Source of the DNA: Hyphomicrobiales bacterium
GTDB lineage: Bacteria > Pseudomonadota > Alphaproteobacteria > Rhizobiales > UBA4765
Assembly: GCA_019748135.1 (NCBI GenBank)
Contig: JAIEPZ010000005.1
Location: 23,413 to 87,412, forward strand
Length of the DNA stretch: 64,000 bases
Direction: 5' to 3'
Shown here: one piece after another, positions 35,412-44,111 of the stretch
Position numbering within the stretch: the first letter of the stretch is position 1
Layout of the letters: every line of letters begins with the position of its first letter
Made by a program: the position numbers and the translations under genes
Notes under the pieces: generated by a model
Databases searched by the model: none
What the model was told of the DNA's origin: nothing
What the model saw: only the letters and a program-made list of their open reading frames with translations

Positions 35412-36290
35412 TCAACCGTCAATCAGCTTGCGCAATTCCTGACGAAAGGTCGGCGCAAGGTCATGGCGGGCGAGCGCATAGGCGACATTGGCAACCAGAA
35501 AGCCGATCTTCATGCCGCAATCATGGATCTGGCCGTCAAAGGTGATGCCGTAGAAGGGCCGCGTCGCTGCCAGCGTCTTCATTGCATCGGTGAGCTGGAT
35601 CTCGCCGCCAGCGCCGCGCGGCTGGGTCTGCAGGATGTCGAAGATCGCCGGCTCCAGGATATAGCGCCCCGAAATGGCCAGATTTGACGGCGCTTTTCCA
35701 GCTGCCGGTTTTTCAACCATGGCGGTGATTTCGAAGCCATGTCCGACATCCTTGCCGCGTCCGACGATGCCATATTGATGAGTCTGGCTTTCGGGAACCT
35801 CATAGACGGCAACATAATTGCCGGGATTTTTTGCGTATGCCTCCACCATCATCGCCATGCAGGGCCGCGTCTTGGGCTGATGGAGCATGTCGGGAAGGAG
35901 CAGCGCGAAAGGTTCGCGACCGACGATATCGCGGGCGCACCACACCGCGTGGCCAAGGCCGAGCGGGGCCTGCTGGCGGGTGAAACTGGTTTGTCCGGCG
36001 CCCGGAAGGTCGCTGGTCAGCAATTCGAGCTCAGGCTTCTTGCCACGCTCCTGAAGCGTGTCTTCCAATTCGTAGGAGCGGTCGAAATGGTCTTCGATCA
36101 CCTGTTTGTTGCGGCCGGTCACAAAGACAAAATGCTCGATATCCGCCTCGCGCGCCTCGTCAACCACATGCTGGATCACCGGCCGGTCGACGACGGTCAG
36201 CATCTCCTTGGGCATGGCCTTGGTGGCGGGCAGAAAGCGTGTGCCGAGGCCGGCGACAGGAAAAACGGCTTTGCGGATTTTTGAGCTCAT
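35412..36290 (-). CDS. galU: UTP-glucose-1-phosphate uridylyltransferase
   Basis: Signature N-terminus KAVFPVAGLGTRFLPATKAMPKEML. 292 aa. Confidence 0.92.
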   Translation of the reverse strand: MSSKIRKAVFPVAGLGTRFLPATKAMPKEMLTVVDRPVIQHVVDEAREADIEHFVFVTGRNKQVIEDHFDRSYELEDTLQERGKKPELELLTSDLPGAGQTSFTRQQAPLGLGHAVWCARDIVGREPFALLLPDMLHQPKTRPCMAMMVEAYAKNPGNYVAVYEVPESQTHQYGIVGRGKDVGHGFEITAMVEKPAAGKAPSNLAISGRYILEPAIFDILQTQPRGAGGEIQLTDAMKTLAATRPFYGITFDGQIHDCGMKIGFLVANVAYALARHDLAPTFRQELRKLIDG

Positions 36291-36457
36291 GGTGCGATCG
36301 CTGTCTGAAAACTATTCTGCAGGGGGTGAGGCGGGTATGCCAAGCTACATGGGTTGCGTGGCGTGAATGGAGCGTTAACGCAACCGCCTGGGTAAAAACA
36401 AACGGCGACAGCCGAATGGGGCTTGGGTGATAGCGGCGCTCCGGTTAAACTCATCTG

Positions 36458-37720
36458 ATGAGACCGGTTGACCAGAGCATAACGCCGCCACCTCGGGCTG
36501 CACGGCAAGGGCTGCTGCGCCGCGGTTTGTTGCAGGGCGTGTCGCTGCTGGTGGCGCCGAGGCTGGCGCATGCTGACAGTTTCGCCGAATGGCTGTCGCG
36601 GATACGGCCCAAGGCGCTCGCCAAGGGCGTGTCACCTGAGACGTTTGATCGCGAGACGGAAGGGCTGGTGCCTGACCTGTCGGTTCTCGATACGGTCAAC
36701 CGCCAGGCCGAGTTCACCGAGGCGCTGTGGCAATATCTCAATCGCCGTGTGTCGCAATGGCGGATTGACACGGGCAGGGAACGGGCCCGCCAGCATGGTG
36801 ATCTGCTCGCCCGGGTCGAGCGCGTCTACGGTGTCGACCGTTTTGTTGTCCTGTCGATCTGGGGCAATGAATCAGCCTATGGCGAAGTGATGACTAATCC
36901 TCGGGCGATGAAACCGACACTGCCTTCGCTGGGTGCGCTTGCCTGGCGGGAGCCACGACGCCGGGCGTTCTGGGAAAGCGAGTTCATCAACACGCTTGTC
37001 CTGATCGAGAAGGGGTGGGGGACGCAGCAGACACTCGTGGGCTCATGGGCGGGCGCGCTTGGCCAGACCCAGTTCATGCCAAGCTCCTGGCTGCGCAACG
37101 GCGTTGATTTTGATCGGGATGGAAAGATCGACCTCAACACGATTGCCGATGCGCTTGGCTCGGCGGCCCATTATCTGAAAGATCGCGGCGGCTGGCAAAG
37201 CGGTCTGCCCTGGGGGTATGAGGTCAAGGCTGCCGACGGTTTCAATATTGAGTTGGCGGACAACCGGCGCGAGCGGCTCGTCAGCCAATGGGCGCGGCTT
37301 GGCATCAGCCGGGCTGATGGCAAACCCCATCCCGCCCCTGAAGTGCCGGCCAGACTGACCTTTCCCGCAGGCTCAAACGGCCCTGGATTTCTTCTGACGC
37401 AGAATTTCAAAGCGATTCTTGCCTATAATGGCGCGTTTTCCTACGGAATGGCGGTTGGCCTTCTGGCTGATCTGCTGGCGGGCGGGGCAGGGCTGGTGAC
37501 ACCATGGCCCGGTGCCGAACGACAGTTAACGACCGACGAGCTGCAGGAAATCCAGCGGCGGCTGAGCGCTCTGGGGTTTGACACAGGCGGGACGGACGGG
37601 CGGGTTGGCGACATGACGCGCAAGGCCGTTCAGGCTTATCAATTGCGCATGAAATTGACGCCTGCCGACGGCTACCCCAACGAGGCGCTGCTGAAGCAGT
37701 TGCGAGCGGTGCGGCTTTAG
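36458..37720 (+). CDS. Lytic murein transglycosylase (MltB-like) with C-terminal peptidoglycan-binding domain
   Basis: Tat-like signal (RRGLLQGVSLL). IWGNESAYG block. C-terminal PG_binding_1-like LQEIQRRLSALGFDTGGTDGRVGDMTRKAVQAYQ. Confidence 0.85.
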   Translation: MRPVDQSITPPPRAARQGLLRRGLLQGVSLLVAPRLAHADSFAEWLSRIRPKALAKGVSPETFDRETEGLVPDLSVLDTVNRQAEFTEALWQYLNRRVSQWRIDTGRERARQHGDLLARVERVYGVDRFVVLSIWGNESAYGEVMTNPRAMKPTLPSLGALAWREPRRRAFWESEFINTLVLIEKGWGTQQTLVGSWAGALGQTQFMPSSWLRNGVDFDRDGKIDLNTIADALGSAAHYLKDRGGWQSGLPWGYEVKAADGFNIELADNRRERLVSQWARLGISRADGKPHPAPEVPARLTFPAGSNGPGFLLTQNFKAILAYNGAFSYGMAVGLLADLLAGGAGLVTPWPGAERQLTTDELQEIQRRLSALGFDTGGTDGRVGDMTRKAVQAYQLRMKLTPADGYPNEALLKQLRAVRL

Positions 37721-37808
37721 GGCCAGGACGTGGCGCTGGTGAAAGAGGTGACGCTGGCTACTTGGCCATTGGCTGGTGAACCGGTATAAGCCGGCCAATG
37801 GAGGCATA

Positions 37809-39038
37809 ATGCGCAAGACCGCCTACACGCTGTTTTTGGTTGTTGTCATCGGCGTGGGCCTTGGTCGGCATACGGCGCTGGCGGCTGGGCCGGCGGTTGA
37901 ATTTCTGGAGGAAGTATTTCGCCAGGAAGATGCCAGACGTAAACGACAACAGGAAAAACTTGCCCGCCCGGCGCACCCGCCCGTGGCGCGACCGGCGCGA
38001 CCGGTCGCTGACATTTCGGACGTGACCTATGCAGCGCCTGAACTGCCGAAAAACGCGGATGCGGCGACGATTCTCGTGGTTGGCGATGAGATGGCTGGAG
38101 GCCTCGCCGAAGGGCTGCGCCAGACCTACGCCGAAGACCGCAGCGTGAAGATTACGCCGCTCACGCGCCAAGGCGTCGGCATTATCAGCGGCGCGTCAGC
38201 CGATTGGGGCACGCTTGTCCGGGAGGCGATGGCGGAGAAAGCGCCAGCCGCCATCATCGTCATGTTCGGCTTCAATGACCGCCAGGCGCTCATCGACGGG
38301 GAGCGCATCGTTGAATTCCGCGATCCGCGCTGGCGGGATATCTACCAGGCCCGCATCGATCAGTTTCTGGGATATTTCGGGGCCCTTCGCACGCGCCTTT
38401 ACTGGACAGGCCTGCCTATCATGCGGGCGGCTCGTGATAGCGAGGATTCAAGTTTTTTTGGTGAAATATTCAAGAGCCGGATGTTCACCGCCAGCGCCCG
38501 TTTTGTCGATGTCTGGGAAGGCTTTGCTGACGATGAGGGGAAGTATGTGGCGATCGGGCCGGACATCAACGGCAACAAGCGTCGGCTGCGCAAATCGGAT
38601 GGCATAAATTTCACCCCTGCCGGCAATCGCAAGCTGGCGTTTTTTGTCGACAACACATTGAAGCGCGACGGCGCGGTGAGTGCCGCGCCTCTCATTGCCG
38701 GCCTTGAGCTGCCATCGCGACGTGATGAACAAGGAACGATCCGGCTGCCTGGCAGTGTGGCGCCAAGCGTGCCGGCAGCGCCCATTGCCGCGCTTGCGCC
38801 CAATTATGTGGGCGCGGTCGTGCAACTCACGCCGTTGCCCTTCAAGCCTGGCGCTGAACTGGCGACCTCCCCGGTCAACCGCGATGATTTCGCCTCACGT
38901 GTTCTCCAGCGTGGCGATCTTGCGCCCACGCATGTCGGGCGCGCGGATCATGCGCAATGGCCATCGCCTGCCGCGGTCGGCTCCCGTCCGCCGGTCGGCG
39001 ATGAAGAGCGCATGCTCGCCTTGCGCCCGACGCCTTAG
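37809..39038 (+). CDS. DUF459 / SGNH-hydrolase-fold protein (catalytic residues apparently substituted)
   Basis: SGNH-like blocks: LVVGDEMAGG (block I, Glu where Ser is expected), FGFND (block III), DGINFT (block V, Asn where His is expected). GGAGG Shine-Dalgarno before the ATG at 37809. Confidence 0.7.
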   Translation: MRKTAYTLFLVVVIGVGLGRHTALAAGPAVEFLEEVFRQEDARRKRQQEKLARPAHPPVARPARPVADISDVTYAAPELPKNADAATILVVGDEMAGGLAEGLRQTYAEDRSVKITPLTRQGVGIISGASADWGTLVREAMAEKAPAAIIVMFGFNDRQALIDGERIVEFRDPRWRDIYQARIDQFLGYFGALRTRLYWTGLPIMRAARDSEDSSFFGEIFKSRMFTASARFVDVWEGFADDEGKYVAIGPDINGNKRRLRKSDGINFTPAGNRKLAFFVDNTLKRDGAVSAAPLIAGLELPSRRDEQGTIRLPGSVAPSVPAAPIAALAPNYVGAVVQLTPLPFKPGAELATSPVNRDDFASRVLQRGDLAPTHVGRADHAQWPSPAAVGSRPPVGDEERMLALRPTP

Positions 39039-39085
39039 ACGCAAGCGCATTTCTCCGCCATGACCAATCCGTTTCTGGCACTGTC

Positions 39086-39874
39086 TTGGCCGACGATGAT
39101 GGCCCGAATGGCTGGATCGTGACAGACGCTCTTCTGCTGCAGGCGGCCATATTTACAGCCGCGACCGTGTCCGGCCTCACCGGCTTTGCGTTCGCGCTGG
39201 TGGCAGCGGGTATCGTCTTTCATCTGCGCTCTCCGGCTGATGCCACGGCGCTTATCCTCATGGGAAGCTTTCTCGCTCAGGTCATGTCGCTTTTGCGGCT
39301 GCGCCAAAGGGTCGCATGGGCCGATCTGTGGCCCTTTCTCGCCGCCGGCGTGATCGGCGCGCCGGTCGGAAGTCTGGCGCTCGGTCATCTTTATCCCGGT
39401 ACGGTGCGGCTGGGAATTGGTCTGTTCCTGTCGTTCTATGCCCTTTATGCGATGCGCCTGCCGGTCACTTACGTCTCGCCTCTGGCCGGTCGCCTGTCTG
39501 ACGCGATTGTGGGCTTTCTCAGCGGTGTGCTCGGCGGCATTGCCGGTCTGTCCGGGGCGCTCATGACGGCGTGGTGCTTGATGCGGGGCTGGGAGCCGGC
39601 GCGGCAAAGAGCTGTTTTTCAGAGCTTCATTCTCGTCATGCAAGCCTATTCGCTGATGTCGCTGGCGCTGGTGGTTGGTATCAGCCAGCACAGCCTGATT
39701 GATCTGGCAATCACCGGTCCGGTGATGATTGCCGGGGTTGTGATCGGCCTGTGGCTTTTTTCCAAAATCAATGGCGCGCGCTTTCGCTGGCTGGTATTGT
39801 GGCTGCTGCTGGTTCTTGGGGTTGTACTGACGATCAGCGAAATCTCGGCGATGTTGACATCGCATCCGGGTTAG
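39086..39874 (+). CDS. TauE/SafE-family anion (sulfite/organosulfonate) exporter-type membrane protein
   Basis: 262 aa with 7-8 hydrophobic helices and a family-typical internally duplicated architecture (TGFAFALV..., GGIAGLSGALM...). Confidence 0.75.
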   Translation: MADDDGPNGWIVTDALLLQAAIFTAATVSGLTGFAFALVAAGIVFHLRSPADATALILMGSFLAQVMSLLRLRQRVAWADLWPFLAAGVIGAPVGSLALGHLYPGTVRLGIGLFLSFYALYAMRLPVTYVSPLAGRLSDAIVGFLSGVLGGIAGLSGALMTAWCLMRGWEPARQRAVFQSFILVMQAYSLMSLALVVGISQHSLIDLAITGPVMIAGVVIGLWLFSKINGARFRWLVLWLLLVLGVVLTISEISAMLTSHPG

Positions 39875-39916
39875 GGATGCTCACCATTCGGATTGTTCAA
39901 AGGGACAAGCGACGGC

Positions 39917-40633
39917 ATGGCCGAGTTTCTGACAGTCGATATCTGGCGGGGCGGCGCGGAGGGTCAACTCCAGCGCTTCACCGTGCCGCGCAGCGACAAT
40001 CAGACGGTTCTCGATGTCGTTACCCATGTGCAGAAGGTGCTGGAGCCGAGCCTTGCCTATCGCTTTGCCTGCCGGGTCGGGATGTGCGGATCCTGCGCCA
40101 TGATGGTCAATGGCAAGGCGCGCTGGACGTGCCGCACGCATGTGAAGAAGGTGGCGGCTGATGGCCGGCTCATCCTTGAGCCTCTTGCCAATCTGCCGCG
40201 CATCCGCGATCTCGTGGCTGATCTTGCGCCCTTCTTCGACAAATGGCGGGCGGCCGGCGGCCAGTTCAGGCCGCAAGCTGGACTTGGCGATGATTTTGCG
40301 ATTGTGCCGCCGTCGGGCGCCGCGCGCCGCCAGGCTGATGAGGCGATCGAATGCATTGGCTGCGCTGTCTGCTATGCTTCCTGCGATGTGGTTGCGGGGC
40401 AGCCGGATTATCTTGGGCCGGCTGCGCTCAACCGCGCGTGGACGCTGATGAATGATGGGCGCGACGGGGCGCAGGAAGAGCGCCTGAAAGCTGTGAGTGG
40501 CGCGGGCGGTTGCCAGAATTGTCATACCCAGCAGGGGTGCCGGGACGCCTGCCCCAAGGGGCTCAATCCGACACGCTCGATTGCCGGGTTGAAGCGCATG
40601 AGCCTCAAGGCGCTCATCGAGGGGCGGTTGTGA
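39917..40633 (+). CDS. Succinate dehydrogenase/fumarate reductase-type iron-sulfur subunit
   Basis: Cys clusters CRVGMCGSC...C (2Fe-2S), CIGCAVCYASC, and CQNCHTQQGCRDACP. Confidence 0.88.
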   Translation: MAEFLTVDIWRGGAEGQLQRFTVPRSDNQTVLDVVTHVQKVLEPSLAYRFACRVGMCGSCAMMVNGKARWTCRTHVKKVAADGRLILEPLANLPRIRDLVADLAPFFDKWRAAGGQFRPQAGLGDDFAIVPPSGAARRQADEAIECIGCAVCYASCDVVAGQPDYLGPAALNRAWTLMNDGRDGAQEERLKAVSGAGGCQNCHTQQGCRDACPKGLNPTRSIAGLKRMSLKALIEGRL

Positions 40634-40968
40634 GCGGGCGCGGGGAGATGTGGCTCTTTCTGGCGCAGCGGGCAAGCGCGGTGGTGATGGCGCCGCTGGT
40701 GCTGATCCACCTCGCCGTCATCATCTACGCGGTGCGCTCCGGCTTGAGCGCGGAAGCGATTTTTGCACGCACGCGCGGCTCGGTGCTGTGGGCAGGGTTC
40801 TATGGCCTGTTCGTCGTGGCAGTCAGTGTTCATGCAGCCCTTGGGTGCCGGGCGATCAGTGCCGAATGGGCCGGCTGGCGCGGCAAACGCGTTGACGGGG
40901 TGTGGGCCGCCTTCGGCGCCCTCCTTCTGATCGCTGGTTTGCGCGCGGTTGCAGGGGTGATCTGGTGA
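40630..40968 (+). CDS. Small hydrophobic subunit, putative membrane anchor of the SDH/FRD-like complex
   Basis: About 107-112 aa with three hydrophobic helices. GTG at 40630 overlaps the Fe-S gene stop (GTGA). Alternative ATG at 40648. Confidence 0.55.
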   Translation: MSGRGEMWLFLAQRASAVVMAPLVLIHLAVIIYAVRSGLSAEAIFARTRGSVLWAGFYGLFVVAVSVHAALGCRAISAEWAGWRGKRVDGVWAAFGALLLIAGLRAVAGVIW

Positions 40969-40981
40969 GGGGAGCAATGCT

Positions 40982-41350
40982 TTGAGTGTGCAGCAGGCAG
41001 CCGGGCGTATCCGCAGCCGATCGCATGCGGGATATGTCGCTTATCTTGTTCACCGCCTTTCCGGACTGGCACTCGCTGTCTTTCTGCCATTTCACTTTTT
41101 TGTGCTGGGCAATGCGCTCAATGGCGCTGCTGGTCTTGACGATTTTCTGCTATGGGCAGCCAATCCATGGGTCAAGCTGGGCGAATGGCTGCTTGTAAGT
41201 GCGTTGGCGCTGCATATGGCCGGCGGGATCAGGGTGCTGGCTATTGAGTTTCTGCCGTGGAGTGAGCGACAAAAGACGTACACCATGCTTTGTATCGCCT
41301 TCGCGATTGCGGCGGGTCTGCTTTTTCTGCTGGCGGCACGACACGGGTAA
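40982..41350 (+). CDS. Small hydrophobic subunit, putative second membrane anchor (SdhC/FrdC-like)
   Basis: 122 aa with three hydrophobic helices and conserved-looking His residues (LPFHFFVLG, ALHMAGG). TTG start, or GTG at 40988. Confidence 0.55.
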   Translation: MSVQQAAGRIRSRSHAGYVAYLVHRLSGLALAVFLPFHFFVLGNALNGAAGLDDFLLWAANPWVKLGEWLLVSALALHMAGGIRVLAIEFLPWSERQKTYTMLCIAFAIAAGLLFLLAARHG

Positions 41351-41381
41351 AACAAACATCTACGGAAAATGGGAGAGACGC

Positions 41382-42395
41382 ATGACCAATCATCATTCGC
41401 GCCGGCAGGCTCTTGCCGGCATAGCCGCCAGCGCTCTGATGCTGCCAGGCGTCGTGCGCGCGCAGGCGCCAACGCAGGTGCGCATTGCCAAGCAATTCGG
41501 CATTTCCTACATCCCGATGGCGGTGATGGAGAAGCTAGGCCTCATCGAGGCGGAGTTGAAGGCCAATGGCGTGCCGACGTCCGACGTCCAGTGGGTGCAG
41601 TTCACCGGCGGCGCGCCGATCAATGATGCGCTGATTGCCGGCAGTCTTGAATTCGCCTCCGGCGGGATCGGGCCGATGATCACCATCTGGTCGCGCACCC
41701 GCAGCAATATCGATGTGCGTGGCGTGGCGGCGCTCAACTCGATGCCGCTTTATCTCAACACTATCAACCCGGCGGTGAAGACGGTGAAGGATTTCACCGA
41801 CAAGGACCGGATCGGACTGCCGGCGGTAAAAATCGCCATTCAAGCGCTCGTGTTACAAATGGCGGCTGAGCGTGAGCTGGGCAAATTCGATGCGCTTGAC
41901 CATCTGACGGTATCGATGAGCCACCCGGACGCCACAGCGGCACTGCTCTCGGGCAAGAGCGAGATCACGGCGCATTTCGGCTCGGCGCCCTTCCAATATG
42001 TCCAGTTGAAGGATCCGCGTGTTCATCGCGTCCTGAATTCCTTCGACGTGCTCGGTGGCCCGACCATCTTCAACGCGGTCTGGACGACGAAGAAAGTGCG
42101 GGAGGGCAGTCCGGTCGTCTACAAGAGTTTCCTGACAGCGCTTGAGAAGGCGATTGCGATGATCAACGCCGATCCGGTTGAAGCTGGCAAGATCTGGATT
42201 GCTGCGGAAAATTCGAAACTTGATCCAGGCTTCGTCACCGACATTCTGAAGGATCCTGAAAATGTCATGACAACAACGCCGCATCGCTCGATGGTGTTTG
42301 CCAATTTCATGAAGAAGACAGGTGCCATCAAGGATGCGCCGGCGCAGTGGAGCGATCTCTTCTTCCCCGAGCTTCATACCAAACAGGGAAGCTGA
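41382..42395 (+). CDS. ABC substrate-binding protein, NitT/TauT (SsuA/NMT1-like) family
   Basis: Tat/Sec-like signal (HHSRRQALAGIAASALMLPGVVRAQA). The QVRIAKQFGISYIPMAV block is typical of SsuA/TauA-type binding proteins. Confidence 0.8.
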   Translation: MTNHHSRRQALAGIAASALMLPGVVRAQAPTQVRIAKQFGISYIPMAVMEKLGLIEAELKANGVPTSDVQWVQFTGGAPINDALIAGSLEFASGGIGPMITIWSRTRSNIDVRGVAALNSMPLYLNTINPAVKTVKDFTDKDRIGLPAVKIAIQALVLQMAAERELGKFDALDHLTVSMSHPDATAALLSGKSEITAHFGSAPFQYVQLKDPRVHRVLNSFDVLGGPTIFNAVWTTKKVREGSPVVYKSFLTALEKAIAMINADPVEAGKIWIAAENSKLDPGFVTDILKDPENVMTTTPHRSMVFANFMKKTGAIKDAPAQWSDLFFPELHTKQGS

Positions 42396-42397
42396 TT

Positions 42398-43237
42398 GTG
42401 CACGGTCGGGTCGACGATAGCGCTCTGCCGCGCCCGCGCCTTGAGGTTGATGGGGTCACCTTGCAATATCGCACGCGCGATTACGCGGTGCGCGCCACGC
42501 AGCGCGTATCGTTTAACGTGCAGGGGGCTGATCGGTTCGTTCTGCTCGGGCCTTCGGGCTGCGGCAAGTCGAGCCTGCTGAAAGCGATTGCCGGGTTTCT
42601 GTCCCCGGTTGAAGGCGAGATCAGGCTTGATGGCCAGAAGGTCACCGAGCCTGGCCCCGACCGCATGATGGTGTTCCAGGAATTCGATCAGCTCCTGCCG
42701 TGGAAGACGGTTGAACAGAACGTGCTTTTTCCCATGGAACGCACCGGCAAATATAGCGGCAAGGATGCGCGCGAGCGGGCGCGCCGCTTCCTCGACAAGG
42801 TGAAGCTCAGCAAATTTGCCCATGTCTATCCGCATCAGCTTTCAGGCGGCATGAAGCAGCGAGTAGCGATTGCGCGCGCGCTCGCGCTCGAGCCGCGCGT
42901 CCTGCTGATGGACGAGCCCTTCGCAGCGCTCGACGCATTGACGCGGCGCGAGATGCAACAGGAATTGCTGCAATTATGGGATGAGGCGCGCTTTACGGTG
43001 GTGTTTGTCACCCACTCGATCCACGAGGCGATCGTGGTTGGCAATCGTATCCTCGTTCTCTCGCCCCATCCGGGGCGGGTGAAGGCGGAACTCAATTCGG
43101 GTGATTTCGGCGAAGGCGCCGAGGCCGGCATGGCGATCCAGGCGCTCGACACCCGCATCAACGCCATGTTGTTTGGCGAAGCAGCCGGTGCCTCGACGGG
43201 GCAATCTCAGGCAGGAGGCGTCCTTGGCGGTCACTGA
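42398..43237 (+). CDS. ABC ATP-binding protein, NitT/TauT (SsuB/TauB-like) family
   Basis: Walker A GPSGCGKSS, LSGGMKQRVAIARAL, LLMDEPFAALD. GTG start 2 nt after the binding-protein stop. Confidence 0.88.
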   Translation: MHGRVDDSALPRPRLEVDGVTLQYRTRDYAVRATQRVSFNVQGADRFVLLGPSGCGKSSLLKAIAGFLSPVEGEIRLDGQKVTEPGPDRMMVFQEFDQLLPWKTVEQNVLFPMERTGKYSGKDARERARRFLDKVKLSKFAHVYPHQLSGGMKQRVAIARALALEPRVLLMDEPFAALDALTRREMQQELLQLWDEARFTVVFVTHSIHEAIVVGNRILVLSPHPGRVKAELNSGDFGEGAEAGMAIQALDTRINAMLFGEAAGASTGQSQAGGVLGGH

Positions 43238-43247
43238 TACCGGACGC

Positions 43248-44111
43248 ATGGTGCCGCCGCAGCGGCCTGAGATCGTCCACGCTGAAATCGCGGCCGGTGA
43301 TCAGAAGCTGGTTGAAACTCCGCTCGGTTTTTTTGAGCGCATCGCCGCATCAGAAGGTCTGCGCAAACTGTTCATCGTCGCCATGCTGGGGCTTGTCTGG
43401 GAAATCTACGGGCGCCTTCTCGGCAATGACCTTATTTTTCCAACTCTTGGCCAGACGCTTGTAGCGTGGGTGGATGCGGCCGTTTCGGGCACGCTGATCA
43501 ACCGCACGCTGACATCGCTGCGCGTTCTCGGTATCGCCTATGTCATCGGCGTCGTGCTGGCGACGGGGTTGACCATTGTTGCGGTGTCATCGCGCCTTGG
43601 CACTGATCTGCTGTCGACGCTGACCTCGATGTTCAATCCGCTGCCGGCGATCGCGCTTCTGCCGCTGGCGCTGCTGTGGTTTGGCATCGGCATCACGTCG
43701 ATTGTCTTTGTCGTCATTCATTCGGTGCTGTGGGCGGTGGCGCTCAATATGCATACCGGCTTTCTCTCGGTTGCGGAAACACTGCGCATGAGCGGGCGCA
43801 ATGTCGGGCTGAAGGGCCTGCCCTATGTTGTCTACATTCTCATCCCCGCTGCCTTCCCGGCGATCCTTGCCGGCCTCAAGATCGGCTGGGCCTTCGCGTG
43901 GCGGACCTTGATTGCGGCCGAGCTGGTGTTTGGTGTCTCCTCGCGCTCGGGCGGGCTTGGCTGGTTCATTTTTGAAAACCGCAATCAGTTGCAGACCGCC
44001 CATGTCTTTGCCGGACTTCTCACGGTGATCCTGATCGGGCTTGCGGTGGAGAGCGGTATCTTCCGCCTGATAGAGCGTCATACGGTCGCCAGATGGGGCA
44101 TGCAGAGATGA
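43248..44111 (+). CDS. ABC permease, NitT/TauT (SsuC/TauC-like) family
   Basis: Polytopic. The GWAFAWRTLIAAE EAA-loop-like block is typical of SsuC/TauC. Confidence 0.85.
   Translation: MVPPQRPEIVHAEIAAGDQKLVETPLGFFERIAASEGLRKLFIVAMLGLVWEIYGRLLGNDLIFPTLGQTLVAWVDAAVSGTLINRTLTSLRVLGIAYVIGVVLATGLTIVAVSSRLGTDLLSTLTSMFNPLPAIALLPLALLWFGIGITSIVFVVIHSVLWAVALNMHTGFLSVAETLRMSGRNVGLKGLPYVVYILIPAAFPAILAGLKIGWAFAWRTLIAAELVFGVSSRSGGLGWFIFENRNQLQTAHVFAGLLTVILIGLAVESGIFRLIERHTVARWGMQR

Noticed and set aside
40510-40629. The ORF-track start (40510) for the first anchor-subunit gene, giving a 152-aa protein that overlaps the Fe-S subunit gene by about 120 nt.
   Set aside because: The overlapping part is hydrophilic and out of character with the rest of the protein. 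A GTG at 40630 (GTGA coupling) or the ATG at 40648 gives a compact three-helix protein consistent with an anchor subunit.
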